Source of the DNA: an uncultured Candidatus Entotheonella sp.
Lineage (GTDB): Bacteria; Tectomicrobia; Entotheonellia; Entotheonellales; Entotheonellaceae
Length of the DNA stretch: 64,000 nt
NCBI GenBank assembly: GCA_965217185.1
Contig: OZ244252.1
Span: 2,304,001 to 2,368,000, forward strand
Reading direction: 5' to 3'
Part shown: positions 10,868-21,300 of the stretch, piece by piece
Layout: every line of letters starts with the position of its first letter
How positions within the stretch are numbered: the first letter of the stretch is position 1
Made by a program: the position numbers and the translations under genes
The notes under the pieces: generated by a model
What the model was told of the DNA's origin: nothing
The model's input: the letters and a program-made list of their open reading frames with translations, nothing else
Databases searched by the model: none

Positions 10868-13800
10868 TGTCCGTCCCCAAGAGGCCTTCCAACTGTGCCA
10901 GCAGGTCCATGGATGGTGTGACGTTGAACTGATTGGCGGCGCGCAGACTCATCTGATCGCCATCGGCAAAACGCAGTGCCAGCATGACGTCGCAGGTGCC
11001 AGGGGTCTGCGTCAGCAGGTCACGCACTTGCAGCAGCGTGTCTTGCTCCAGATGGCACGCCAGGGTCAGCGTCAGGCGCTTGAATTCGCCCAGCGTCGCC
11101 GCATCCTTCAAAGGCGCGATACGTTGGGCGATGAGACGTCCGTCACTGCTGTCGCCTTCCACTTTGCCCCAGACGATGAGCGGCGCGTCGCTCTCACAGG
11201 CGCCGATACTGTCCCGATACACGTCGGGGAAAACGGTCACTTCAAAACTGCCGTGCAAGTCCTCGATGGTCAGGAAGGCCATCCGGTCGCCCTTCTTGGT
11301 GAGTTGCGAGCGGTGCTGGGTAACAATGCCGCCGACGGTGACCGACTGTCCGCCATGGCAATCGGCGAGTTCGCGACTTGTCGTGCTGACCATGCGGCGC
11401 CACTCGTCTTGCACGGCCATCAACGGATGGCTGCTGAAATAAAATCCCAGAGCTTCCTTCTCGTAGGTCAGTTGCTCGCTGTTTGGCCATGCCGGCATGG
11501 CGTCAATCTTAGGTGCCGTAGCCGCGGCGCCCTTGGTGCTGTTGCCGAACAGGTTGATTTGACCCTCCTGACGGTCCGTCTGCTGACGCTGCGCCCACTC
11601 CAGCACGGGGGCCATGTTGGCCAGCATGTCCCAGCGCGGCATGCCCAGACAATCAAGCGCGCCGCCCTTGATTAAACCCTCGATGACCTTGCGGTTGACC
11701 TGTCGAGAATCCAACCGCTCGCACAGATTAAAGAACGACTGATACGGACCGTTCGCCTCGCGCTCTTCGACAATCGACGCAACGGCATTTTGCCCGACGC
11801 CCTTGATGGCGCCTAGGCCGAAGCGCAACTGCTCGCCGCCGACCGCAAAGCCGTAGAGCCCATCGTTGATGTTGGGCGCCAGTGTCGTCAGTCCCATGTC
11901 GCGGCAGTCACCGATATATCGCATCAGCTTGTCGGTGTTTTCCATGTCACAGCCCATCAGCGCGGCCATGAATTCGTTCGGGAAATGGGCCTTGAGGTAG
12001 GCTGTGCAATAGGCCAGCAGGGCGTAGGCGACGCTGTGGCTGCGGTTGAAGCCGTAGCCGGCGAAATAGGCCATCAGGTCGAAAATGCGCCCGGCCTGCT
12101 CCGCGGCGTAGCCGTTTCGCACCGCACCCTGGACGAAATGCTCGCGTTGCTCGTCCATCACCTCGGCCTTTTTCTTGCCCATGGCGCGGCGCAGCAGGTC
12201 GGCACCGCCGGGGGTGAAGCCGGCCAGGGTGGTGGCGATCTGCATCACCTGCTCCTGGAAGACGATGACGCCATAGGTCGAGCGCAGGATCGGCTCCAAG
12301 ACCGGCACCTCGTAGGTGATGCTCCGCCGACCATGTCGGCCCTCAATGAAATCATCCACCATGCCACTACCCAACGGGCCGGGGCGGTAGAGCGCCACCA
12401 GAGCCACCAAGTCCTCGAAGATCTCCGGTTGGAGCTTGCGCAGCAGATCGCGCACCCCACGTCCTTCAAGCTGAAAGATGCCGACGGTACGCGCCTTGGA
12501 CAGCAGTTGGTAGGTCGGCACGTCGTCAAGGGGCAGGTTGTTGCTGTCGATCTCGACGCCCCGGTTTTCCTTGATCATTTTGACAGTGTTGTGAATCACC
12601 GTGAGGGTACGCAGGCCGAGGAAATCCATTTTCAGGAGGCCCATGCCCTCCACGTCGTCCATCGTGTATTGGGTGACCACTTCGTCCTTGGCGCCCTTGG
12701 ACAGCGGCACGATGTTGTGTAGGGGCTCGGGCGAAATGACCACCCCGGCGGCGTGCACCGAGGCATGTCGCGACAGGCCCTCCAACCGCCGTGCCGTTGC
12801 GATCAGGCGTCCCACCTGCGGGTCGCGTTCCTGAATCTCACGCAGCCGCGGCTCCTCCTGAACGGCGTCGTCGAGCGACACGTTCAGGCGGTTCGGTATC
12901 AGCTTGGCGATGCGGTCCACCTCGCTGTATGGCATGTCCATGGCGCGCCCCACGTCGCGCAGGACACCCTTGGCCAGCATGGTGCCGAAGGTGATGATCT
13001 GGGCGACGTTTTCGGCACCGTATTTCTCGGTGACATAGCGAATCACCTCGTCGCGCCGCTCCATGCAGAAGTCGATGTCAATGTCGGGCATGGTGACGCG
13101 CTCGGGGTTCAGGAAGCGCTCGAACAGCAGGTCGTAGGCGAGCGGATCGACGTCGGTGATACGCAGCGCATAGGCGACCAGGCTGCCGGCCACGGATCCC
13201 CGCCCCGGCCCCACCGGAATATCGTGCTCGCGGGCGTACCGGATGAAGTCCCAGACGATCAGGAAGTACCCCGAATACCCGGTATCGCGGATGATGCCGA
13301 GTTCCTTGTCGAGACGCTGTTGGTACGCTTCGTCGTTGTGCTTGCGCTCGCCGCCGCGACTGCGGGGGTGTGTCAGGCGCTCTTCCAGCCCTTGGCGGGC
13401 GACTTGCTCCAGATAGGCGTCGAGGGGCACACCGTCCGGCGTCTGGTAACGGGGCAACAGGGGTTTGTCGAACGGCAGGTGCAGGTCACAGCGCTCGGCG
13501 ATCAGCAGCGTGTTGGTGCACGCCTCCGGCACCTCGGCGAAGACGCGGTACATCTCCTCCGGGGTCTTGACGTAGAACTCCTCCTGCTCATAGCGCATGC
13601 GTTGGGTATCGTTCACGCTCTTGCCGGTGCCGATGCACATCAGCACGTCGTGCGGCGAGGCGTCCTCTTTGCGCAAGTAGTGGCAGTCATTGGTGGCGAC
13701 GACCGGCAGGCCGAAGTCTTTGCTGAACTTGAGCAGCTCGGTGTTGGCCTGACGCTGACCGTCGACACCGTGATCCATGAGCTCCAGGTACACATTGTCG

Positions 13801-14312
13801 TGCCCCAGGATTTGGCGATAGCTGTCGATAGCGTCCGCCGCCTGCTTCATGTTGCCGTTGAGGATGTGCCCGTTGACTTCGCCCTTGAGGCAACCAGTGA
13901 GGCCGATCAACCCTTCGGCGTGCTCAGCAAGGAGTTCCTTGTCGATGCGCGGGCGGTAGTAAAAGCCCTCTAGGAAAGCCTTGCTCAGGAGTCGGGAGAG
14001 GTTTTGATAACCGGCGTAGTCGCGGGCCAGCAGCGTCAGGTGATGCGCCGCCGAGCCGATGCCTTGGCGGCTGCGGTCGAAGCGCGTGTTCGGCGCCACG
14101 TAGGTCTCGCAGCCCAGGATCGGCTTGATGCCGCGCGCCTGAGCCGCTTTGTAGAACTTCATGGCGCCGAACATGTTGCCGTGGTCGGTGATGGCCACGG
14201 CCGGCATATGAAGCTCCTTGGCGCGGTCCAGGAGTTCGTCGATGCGGTTTGCCCCATCCAGCAGGCTGAACTCGGTGTGCAGATGAAGATGAACGAAACT
14301 CTGTTGCCCCAT
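10851..14312 (-). CDS. dnaE: DNA polymerase III alpha subunit
   Basis: PHP motif HLHLHTEFSLLDG, GPGRGS, PDIDIDF, YGFNRSH, C-terminal OB fold; ATG at 14312; no intein visible. Confidence 0.98.
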   Translation of the reverse strand: MGQQSFVHLHLHTEFSLLDGANRIDELLDRAKELHMPAVAITDHGNMFGAMKFYKAAQARGIKPILGCETYVAPNTRFDRSRQGIGSAAHHLTLLARDYAGYQNLSRLLSKAFLEGFYYRPRIDKELLAEHAEGLIGLTGCLKGEVNGHILNGNMKQAADAIDSYRQILGHDNVYLELMDHGVDGQRQANTELLKFSKDFGLPVVATNDCHYLRKEDASPHDVLMCIGTGKSVNDTQRMRYEQEEFYVKTPEEMYRVFAEVPEACTNTLLIAERCDLHLPFDKPLLPRYQTPDGVPLDAYLEQVARQGLEERLTHPRSRGGERKHNDEAYQQRLDKELGIIRDTGYSGYFLIVWDFIRYAREHDIPVGPGRGSVAGSLVAYALRITDVDPLAYDLLFERFLNPERVTMPDIDIDFCMERRDEVIRYVTEKYGAENVAQIITFGTMLAKGVLRDVGRAMDMPYSEVDRIAKLIPNRLNVSLDDAVQEEPRLREIQERDPQVGRLIATARRLEGLSRHASVHAAGVVISPEPLHNIVPLSKGAKDEVVTQYTMDDVEGMGLLKMDFLGLRTLTVIHNTVKMIKENRGVEIDSNNLPLDDVPTYQLLSKARTVGIFQLEGRGVRDLLRKLQPEIFEDLVALVALYRPGPLGSGMVDDFIEGRHGRRSITYEVPVLEPILRSTYGVIVFQEQVMQIATTLAGFTPGGADLLRRAMGKKKAEVMDEQREHFVQGAVRNGYAAEQAGRIFDLMAYFAGYGFNRSHSVAYALLAYCTAYLKAHFPNEFMAALMGCDMENTDKLMRYIGDCRDMGLTTLAPNINDGLYGFAVGGEQLRFGLGAIKGVGQNAVASIVEEREANGPYQSFFNLCERLDSRQVNRKVIEGLIKGGALDCLGMPRWDMLANMAPVLEWAQRQQTDRQEGQINLFGNSTKGAAATAPKIDAMPAWPNSEQLTYEKEALGFYFSSHPLMAVQDEWRRMVSTTSRELADCHGGQSVTVGGIVTQHRSQLTKKGDRMAFLTIEDLHGSFEVTVFPDVYRDSIGACESDAPLIVWGKVEGDSSDGRLIAQRIAPLKDAATLGEFKRLTLTLACHLEQDTLLQVRDLLTQTPGTCDVMLALRFADGDQMSLRAANQFNVTPSMDLLAQLEGLLGTDNVRVA

Positions 14313-14340
14313 GAATGCGCCTTCTCCTCGGATGTGCTCG

Positions 14341-15804
14341 CTACTCGGACTGGTAATTCGGCGCTTCCTGCGTGACGATGACGTCGTGCACGTGGCTTTC
14401 CCGCAAGCCGGCGTTGGTGATGCGGATGAAGCGGCTGTCGCGGCGCAGGGTGGCCAGGGTACCGCAGCCGCAGTAGCCCATCCCGGCCCGCACGCCGCCG
14501 ACGAGTTGGTACACCACGTCCGCCAGCGAGCCCTTGTACGGGATGCGCCCCTCAACGCCCTCCGGCACCAGCTTGCTCGTCTGTTTCTCCTCGCCTTGGA
14601 AATAGCGGTCCCCCTTGCCGCCGGACATAGCGCCGAGGGAGCCCATGCCGCGATACGTCTTGTAACTGCGGCCCTGGTACAAAACGCGCTCGCCCGGACT
14701 TTCCTCGGTGCCCGCGAAAATGCTGCCGATCATCACGCAAGAGGCCCCCGCCGCCAGCGCCTTGACGATGTCGCCCGAATACTTGATGCCGCCGTCGGCA
14801 ATGACGGGGATGCCGAATCGCTCGCCCACCTTGGCGCACTCGGCAATCGCCGTCAGCTGCGGCACGCCGATGCCCGCCACCACACGCGTCGTGCAAATGG
14901 ACGACGGCCCCATGCCGACCTTCACCGCGTCGGCGCCGGCGTTGATGAGCGCGTTGGCAGCTTCGGCGGTGGCGACGTTGCCGCCGATGACCTGCAGGCC
15001 GGGGTACATCTTCTTGGCTTCCTCGACGGCTGCCAGGACGCTGGTGGCGTGCCCGTGAGCCGAATCGACTACCACCACGTCCACCCCGTAACGCTCCAGC
15101 TCCGCCAGCCGCTCGTGCCGGTCTTCCCCGAGGCCGACCGCCGCCCCGACGCGCAAGCGGCCCAGGGTGTCCTTGCAAGCCAGCGGATAGCGCCGGCGTT
15201 TCTCGATGTCCTTGATGGTGATCAGCCCTTTCAGGTGGAAGGCGTCGTCCACAACCAGGAGCTTCTCTATACGGTGCTGGTGCAGCAATTTCTGCGCCTC
15301 GCCCAGGCTGGTGCCCTGCGGTACCGTGACCAGGTTTTCGGACGTCATCAAGGCGGACACCGGCTGCTGCAAGTCGGTCACGAAACGCAGGTCGCGGTTG
15401 GTGAGAATCCCCGTCAGTTTTCGTCCCTCAGTGATGGGAATGCCGGAAATCCGGTAGCGCGTCATCACCTCAATGGCTTCCTGCACTTGCTGGTGCGGCC
15501 CCATGGTGATGGGATCCACGATCATGCCGCTTTCGGAGCGCTTGACCTTGTCGACCTCGGCGGCCTGCGCCTCGATGCTGAGATTCTTGTGGATGATGCC
15601 GATGCCGCCCTCCTGCGCCAGGGCGATGGCGAGATTGGCCTCGGTGACCGTATCCATTGCCGCGCTGAGCAGCGGGATGTTGAGCTCAAGGTCGTTGGTC
15701 AGCAGCGTCGCCACGTCGGTGTCGCGCGGCAGCACGTCCGAATGGGCGGGCAACAGCAACACGTCGTCAAACGTCAAGCCCTCAGGCAGTGATTCTTCGA
15801 GCAT
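14341..15804 (-). CDS. guaB: IMP dehydrogenase
   Basis: [13 protein letters not shown] pair, [27 protein letters not shown] at 15804. Confidence 0.98.
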   Translation of the reverse strand: MLEESLPEGLTFDDVLLLPAHSDVLPRDTDVATLLTNDLELNIPLLSAAMDTVTEANLAIALAQEGGIGIIHKNLSIEAQAAEVDKVKRSESGMIVDPITMGPHQQVQEAIEVMTRYRISGIPITEGRKLTGILTNRDLRFVTDLQQPVSALMTSENLVTVPQGTSLGEAQKLLHQHRIEKLLVVDDAFHLKGLITIKDIEKRRRYPLACKDTLGRLRVGAAVGLGEDRHERLAELERYGVDVVVVDSAHGHATSVLAAVEEAKKMYPGLQVIGGNVATAEAANALINAGADAVKVGMGPSSICTTRVVAGIGVPQLTAIAECAKVGERFGIPVIADGGIKYSGDIVKALAAGASCVMIGSIFAGTEESPGERVLYQGRSYKTYRGMGSLGAMSGGKGDRYFQGEEKQTSKLVPEGVEGRIPYKGSLADVVYQLVGGVRAGMGYCGCGTLATLRRDSRFIRITNAGLRESHVHDVIVTQEAPNYQSE

Positions 15805-15848
15805 GGTGGTGACCTCCTTCTGGAACCATAAGTGTGGACGGTGTCCCT

Positions 15849-17660
15849 CTAACACCGCAGGAATTTCTTTTCGATCTCGGGCAGGGCGACGTGCAAAAGC
15901 ACGGGGCGGCCATGCGGGCAAGTGAACGGCATGTTGCTGCGTGCCAAATCGTGCATCAGAGCGCGCATCTCTTCATCTTGCAAGCGCTGGTGGGCGCGGA
16001 TGGCAGCATGACAGGCAGTGACCGTCAGCAGGCGGTGAAAGAGCCTTGGCAGGCCCTCTTCAAACACGTCTTCGACGGTGGGTGAGCGCAACGTTTCGAG
16101 AATGTCCATTAAGGCGGCGGAATAGTCACGGCTGGCAAGCACGGCTGGCACGCTGAGCAGGCGAAAGGTGTTGCCCCCAAAATGCTCCAGACTGAAACCG
16201 AGCGATTCCAGTTGCGGCAGGCAACTCTCAACCCACTGCGGGTCGGTGGCGCCCAAATCGAGCGTGGTTGGGAACAGCAGGCGCTGCGATGCCACTGGGC
16301 CGTCGTCCATCTGGGCGCGTAGACGCTCGTACACGATGCGCTCGTGGGCCGCATGCTGGTCAACGAACATCACACCACCCGGGTATTGCAGCAATAGGTA
16401 GGTGTCGTGCAGTTGCCCCACCGGGCGCCCTTCCAGAATGACTCGATTGGCCTCTGGGTAGCCGGCGTAAAGGTTGAGCCCTTGCGTCGGCTGGGCGGGC
16501 ACGGGGCAGCCAACAGGCAGGGACGGGTCGGGCACGTCGTCGGGTTCCCCTCGCATCTCGGCGGCGCTGACCTGACCTGTCTGCCACATCATCGGCACGT
16601 TGCCGCGGGCGGGCGTCTCGGGGGGCGGGAACGTCGCCTGGCCGTTGCCTGCCGCATTCGGCCTGGGGGCGCTGAGACTCTCCTGCAAACGCCGCTGGAA
16701 GAGGCGCCGCAAATGATCGTACAGGCGCGCCTCTTGGCGAAACCGCACCTCAAGCTTGGCCGGATGCACGTTCACGTCAACGTCGCTGCCGGGCAGAGTG
16801 AGAAACAGGAAGCTCACCGGATGTCGGTCTCGCGGCAGCAGCGTTCGGTACGCCTCATAGAGCGCGTGGCTGATCGGGCGGCTCTGCACCAAACGCCCAT
16901 TGACGAACAGAAACTGCTGCCGCCGCGTGGCGCGGTGAAAGGTCGCCTTGGCGATAAAGCCGTGCACCCGCAGGCCGTCCGTGCTGTCCTCCAGCGGCAG
17001 CAGTTCTTGCTGCAGACCCGCCCCGAAGATGGCCTCGATGCGCTCGCCGAGGCTTCCTGCCGGCGCCTGGGTGTGCAGCCGGTCGTTCAAATGAAGGCTC
17101 ATGTGGACGTGCTGGGCCAGCAATGCCAGGCCGGTGAAGCACTGGGTGATGTGGCTGGCCTCGGTGGTGGGATGCTTGAGGAATTTCAGGCGGGCCGGGG
17201 TGTTGTAGAAAAGCTCGCTGACCCGTAGGGACGTGCCCGGTGGGGCGCCGCAGGTTTCCACGCCTGCAAACTCGCCGCCGTCTATCCTGACGCGCGTTGC
17301 GGCCTTGTCTGCCTGGCACCGCGTGACCAGGTGCAGGCGAGACACCGATGCGATGCTGGGGAGCGCCTCGCCGCGGAAGCCGAGGGTCGCCAAGTCGTCG
17401 AGGTCCGCCAGGGCCGTTATCTTGCTGGTCGCGTGGCGCGTGAAGCACTGCACCGCGTCGTCGGCGTCCATACCGATGCCGTCGTCATCCACCTGGATCA
17501 GCTCGACGCCACCCTTTTGCACCGCCACCTTGATGGTTTGCGCCTGCGCATCCAGAGCGTTTTCGAGCAGTTCCTTGACGATGGAAGCCGGGCGCTCCAC
17601 CACCTCGCCGGCGGCAATATGATTGATCACCCCCTCGGGCAGCGTCTGCACCCGTCCCAT
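15849..17660 (-). CDS. mutL: DNA mismatch repair protein MutL (endonuclease type)
   Basis: [37 protein letters not shown] at 17660. Confidence 0.97.
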   Translation of the reverse strand: MGRVQTLPEGVINHIAAGEVVERPASIVKELLENALDAQAQTIKVAVQKGGVELIQVDDDGIGMDADDAVQCFTRHATSKITALADLDDLATLGFRGEALPSIASVSRLHLVTRCQADKAATRVRIDGGEFAGVETCGAPPGTSLRVSELFYNTPARLKFLKHPTTEASHITQCFTGLALLAQHVHMSLHLNDRLHTQAPAGSLGERIEAIFGAGLQQELLPLEDSTDGLRVHGFIAKATFHRATRRQQFLFVNGRLVQSRPISHALYEAYRTLLPRDRHPVSFLFLTLPGSDVDVNVHPAKLEVRFRQEARLYDHLRRLFQRRLQESLSAPRPNAAGNGQATFPPPETPARGNVPMMWQTGQVSAAEMRGEPDDVPDPSLPVGCPVPAQPTQGLNLYAGYPEANRVILEGRPVGQLHDTYLLLQYPGGVMFVDQHAAHERIVYERLRAQMDDGPVASQRLLFPTTLDLGATDPQWVESCLPQLESLGFSLEHFGGNTFRLLSVPAVLASRDYSAALMDILETLRSPTVEDVFEEGLPRLFHRLLTVTACHAAIRAHQRLQDEEMRALMHDLARSNMPFTCPHGRPVLLHVALPEIEKKFLRC

Positions 17661-17749
17661 CACTCGCTCCGCTCGTGCTGTTCGCAACGAATATGCCCCG
17701 TCTACGCGCGCTGGGCTCGCTTCGTGGGGCTGTGGCGTCCTTCCGCGTT

Positions 17750-18211
17750 TTATCCGACTTGTTGCTTGGCCTGAACGTAGGCCATTTGAAGCTGCGGGAG
17801 CAATTCCTGCAGAAAGCGGTCTTCCTCGGTGGTCAGATTGCCGCGGGTCTTTTCCCGCAGCATCATGAGGATGTTGATAGTGTGTTGCGCCTGCGCCAAA
17901 TCGACCTGCGGCTGCTGGGTAAGCGGGTTGGGCACCTGACCGAGGAAAACCATCACGTTGTTGGTCAGCATCATCACGAAGGAGGCGAAATCGACCGGTG
18001 GCAGGTCTTGCGGAGCGGTTTCCGTCGGCGGCGTTTGCGGCTGCTGGGCTGCTGCAGGTTCCTCCTGCTTGGGCGGCGGTGGCGTTTCGGGTTCGGCAGG
18101 TCCGGGCGGGCTGGCGTCAGTGACTCTTTCCCCGGAAGGCGTGAATAGTCGCTTGTCGGATACGATGAACCCTTTCTCCTCCTGTTCCTCCGGCGAATGC
18201 TCCGCTGTCAT
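17750..18211 (-). CDS. DUF1844 domain protein
   Basis: KGFIVSDKR...FASFVMML...LGQVPNP...AQHTINILMMLREKTRGNLTTEE...LQMAYV. Confidence 0.85.
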   Translation of the reverse strand: MTAEHSPEEQEEKGFIVSDKRLFTPSGERVTDASPPGPAEPETPPPPKQEEPAAAQQPQTPPTETAPQDLPPVDFASFVMMLTNNVMVFLGQVPNPLTQQPQVDLAQAQHTINILMMLREKTRGNLTTEEDRFLQELLPQLQMAYVQAKQQVG

Positions 18212-18233
18212 GACCTTCCCTCCTACTGATGTC

Positions 18234-19316
18234 CTATTCTGCGTGGCGGACGATCCAGCCGCCGCCGATGACCGTGTCGCCATCGTAGAATACCGCCGCC
18301 TGCCCAGGCGCGACGGCGAACTGCGGTTCGCGCAACTCTACCCGGGCCTGCTCACCGTCAACAGGATGCACCGTTGCCGGAATGGGCTGCTGGCGGTAGC
18401 GAATCTGCACGGTGGTGTCCAACGGACGCTCGGGGGGTGTTTGCATCCAGTTCAGGCGCTCCACCGTGAAGGTGTCCCTTGTCGCCTCGTGCCGTGTCCC
18501 GACCACCAAGGTGTTGTCGGTCGGCTGCACGCTGACCACGTGCAACGGTTGCGCCGCGGCGATGCCCAGTCCGCGCCGCTGCCCCACGGTGTAAAACGGC
18601 AGGCCCTGATGCTCACCGAGCGCCTTGCCGGATGTGTCGACGATGGGCCCCGGTCGAAAGGTGTCCGCCTCCAGCCGGGGCCGCAGGAACGTCCGGTAGT
18701 CGCCGTCGGGTATGAAGCAGATTTCCTGACTCTCCGCCTTCGTCGCCACTTTGAGGTTGAATTGCGAGGCCATGTCCCGCACCTCGTTTTTGCTGAAATC
18801 ACCGAGCGGAAACATGGCGTGGCTTAACTGCTCCTGAGACAGGTCGAAGAGGAAATACGACTGATCCTTGCCGGCATCCCTGCCGCGTCGGATACGATGC
18901 CGGCCGTCATCGTTGCGTACCACGCTGGCGTAATGGCCGGTGGCCACACAGTCGGCGCCAAGCTGCTGCGCCCGCTGCTGCAGGGCGGCGAATTTCAGGT
19001 GGCGGTTGCATTGTGTACACGGGTTGGGGGTATAGCCGTTCTGGTAGGAAGAGATGAAATCGTCGATGACGTGACGGGCAAACGGCTCCTTGAAATTCGC
19101 CACGTAGAAGGGGATGCCCAACTGGCCGGCGACCCGCCGCGCGTCGGAAACGTCGTCCATCGTGCAGCAGGTTTTGTGATGCCCCTCGACGGCTTCCGGG
19201 CCGTCCCAGAGCTTCATGGTAACGCCGATGCACTCGTAGCCCCGGGCGTGCAACAGGGCGGCGCATACCGAACTGTCAACGCCGCCGCTCATTGCCACAA
19301 CCACGCGCTTGTTCAC
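18234..19316 (-). CDS. mnmA: tRNA 2-thiouridylase MnmA
   Basis: AMSGGVDSS, TPNPCTQCN, ATGHYA, KDQSYFL, ESQEICF, PGQAAVFY; GTG at 19316. Confidence 0.97.
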   Translation of the reverse strand: MNKRVVVAMSGGVDSSVCAALLHARGYECIGVTMKLWDGPEAVEGHHKTCCTMDDVSDARRVAGQLGIPFYVANFKEPFARHVIDDFISSYQNGYTPNPCTQCNRHLKFAALQQRAQQLGADCVATGHYASVVRNDDGRHRIRRGRDAGKDQSYFLFDLSQEQLSHAMFPLGDFSKNEVRDMASQFNLKVATKAESQEICFIPDGDYRTFLRPRLEADTFRPGPIVDTSGKALGEHQGLPFYTVGQRRGLGIAAAQPLHVVSVQPTDNTLVVGTRHEATRDTFTVERLNWMQTPPERPLDTTVQIRYRQQPIPATVHPVDGEQARVELREPQFAVAPGQAAVFYDGDTVIGGGWIVRHAE

Positions 19317-19872
19317 AGGGATCCTTTTCCGCTGGGGTGAGGAAAGAAAGTTGCGTGTTGCCGTAACGTTTGTTTTGCCAAAGGGTGTAGCCCGGCAAGA
19401 CAAGCGGTTCACGCGGCATGGCGTGTTGCCAAACGATCAGGCCATCGGGTGCCAGGAGGCTGCAATCGTCCAAGGTAATAAGCGTTGCCTCTGCCAAGTC
19501 CGAAGCGTAAGGCGGGTCCAGGAAGAGAACGTCTACTTGCCGAGTCGCCGGCAGCTTCCGCACCGCCTGAGGCAGCGCCGCCGCCACGATAGTTGCCTGC
19601 GATTCGGCGCCGCAACGGCTGATGTTGGCGCGCAGGGCCAGCAGGGCACGACGGTCGTTCTCAATGAAATAAACGTGTCCAGCGCCCTGGCTCAGAGCTT
19701 CCAGACCCACGCTCCCGGTGCCGGCAAACATGTCTACGAAGATACAACCGGGAACCCATTCCCGCAACGTGTTGAAGAGGGCTTGCCGGACCCGCCCGCT
19801 GGTGGGGCGTACCTGCCGTCCGGGGACCGTTTGCAGGCGGCGCCCCTTGGTGGTTCCGCCCTCGATGCGCAT
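19276..19872 (-). CDS. rsmD: 16S rRNA m2G966 methyltransferase
   Basis: VRPTSGRVRQALFN, DMFAGTGSVGLEALSQGA, LDPPY, RYGNTQL. Confidence 0.95.
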   Translation of the reverse strand: MRIEGGTTKGRRLQTVPGRQVRPTSGRVRQALFNTLREWVPGCIFVDMFAGTGSVGLEALSQGAGHVYFIENDRRALLALRANISRCGAESQATIVAAALPQAVRKLPATRQVDVLFLDPPYASDLAEATLITLDDCSLLAPDGLIVWQHAMPREPLVLPGYTLWQNKRYGNTQLSFLTPAEKDPCEQARGCGNERRR

Positions 19873-19897
19873 CCGTTTTCTTCCCGCAGGTCAGCGA

Positions 19898-20881
19898 TTA
19901 CCAATCCAGGGTGGGGAGCAGACGAGCCGCTTCCTTGGCGTGATAGGTGAGGATCATGTCGGCCCCGGCGCGCTTGATGCTGGTCAGCGCCTCGAGGATG
20001 GCGCGCGGCTCGTCCAGCCAGCCGTTGGCCGCCGCCGCTTTGATCATGGCGTATTCGCCGCTGACGTTGTAGGCCGCCAGGGGGAGGTCCGTGATCTGGC
20101 GGGCCCGTGCGATGATGTCGAGGTAGGGAAGGGCGGGCTTGATCATGACGATGTCGGCGCCTTCCTCGATATCGAGCCGCACTTCCCGCAACGCCTCGCG
20201 GGCGTTGGGCGGGGCCATCTGGTAGGACCGCCGGTCGCCGAACTGCGGCGCCGACTGCACGGCCTCCCGGAAGGGGCCATAGAAGGTGGAAGCGTACTTG
20301 GCCGCGTAAGCCATGATGGGGATTTGCGCGTAGCCCTTACCGTCGAGACTGGCGCGGATGGCCTGCACCCGGCCGTCCATCATGTCGGACGGCGCCACCA
20401 TGTCGGCGCCGGCTTCAACGTGCGACAGCGCGGTGCGGCAGAGCAGGTCCAGGGTCGCGTCGTTGGCGATGTGCTCGCCTTCCACGACGCCGCAGTGACC
20501 GTGATCGGTGTATTCGCACAGGCACACGTCGGTGATCACCAATAACTCGGGTACGGCTTTCTTCATGGCCCGAATCGCCTGTTGCACCGCGCCCGAGTCG
20601 CTGTACGCCTCCCTGCCGATTGCGTCCTTGCTTTCGGGCAGGCCGAAAAGCAGCACCGCGGGAATGCCGTGGTCCGCGACGTCTTTAACCTCTTCGACGG
20701 CCATATCGGCGGACAGGTGATACTGGCCGGGCAGCGAGGAAATCTCCTGGCGCACCCGGCTGCCCGGCGTGATGAACATGGGGTAGATGAAATCGCTCGG
20801 GCTCAACGTCGTCTCTTGCACCAAACGGCGCCATCCTTGCCGCTCACGCAGCCGACGCGCCCGGTATGCTGGGAAACGCAT
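19898..20881 (-). CDS. hemB: Porphobilinogen synthase
   Basis: Zn site DVCLCEYTDHGHCG, APSDMMDG, MIKPALPYLD, YNVSGEY. Confidence 0.98.
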   Translation of the reverse strand: MRFPAYRARRLRERQGWRRLVQETTLSPSDFIYPMFITPGSRVRQEISSLPGQYHLSADMAVEEVKDVADHGIPAVLLFGLPESKDAIGREAYSDSGAVQQAIRAMKKAVPELLVITDVCLCEYTDHGHCGVVEGEHIANDATLDLLCRTALSHVEAGADMVAPSDMMDGRVQAIRASLDGKGYAQIPIMAYAAKYASTFYGPFREAVQSAPQFGDRRSYQMAPPNAREALREVRLDIEEGADIVMIKPALPYLDIIARARQITDLPLAAYNVSGEYAMIKAAAANGWLDEPRAILEALTSIKRAGADMILTYHAKEAARLLPTLDW

Positions 20882-20908
20882 GGTCTGCCTCCTTGCTATG
20901 AACCTTGC

Positions 20909-21300
20909 CTATTTCGCCTCTGAATTTGCTCGAAGGAACGTTCTGTAACCCGCTTCGTCGAGTGCGCCGGCTGCCAGTTCTATAACAGCCTGATGAGTCG
21001 CGGCCTCCTCGGTAGCAATGAAGTTATAACCATTCAACTCAAGAAACAGAATACCGACCACGAATCCTGTGCGCTTGTTACCATCGAAGAATGGATGATT
21101 GCGGAGGATACCAGCCGTGTATGCCACCGCCATGTCGATGAGATGGGATTATCCGCGTAGGCGTATAACTGCCGTGCCCGCGCCAGAGCGGATTGTAGTA
21201 AGCCATTGTCACGCAACTCTGTTGCGCCGCCGTCCAGCGCAAGAAGGCGATCATGCAGTTCCAACACGTCTCGCGCTTCAATCCAGACAGGTTCCGTCAC
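20909..21300 (-). pseudogene. doc: Doc (Fic family) toxin, split by a 1-nt frameshift
   Basis: 5' half MTEPVWI...LHDRLLALDGG...LRDNGLLQSALAR (GTG 21300) and 3' half DMAVAY...NHPFFDGNKRTG are in different frames. One base added between 21145 and 21144 restores ...YADNP-x-LIDMAVAY (x = D if the base is G). Confidence 0.88.

Noticed and set aside
10851..14555. Intein or N-terminal extension in DnaE
   Set aside because: The sequence is continuous through YGFNRSH. The extra N-terminal residues overlap guaB, and the real start is 14312.
16518..16535. Degenerate copies of the palindromic element in the mutL linker (PDPSL) and in rsmA (about 49043-49058)
   Set aside because: Only a partial C-rich match; the complementary G-rich arm is missing.
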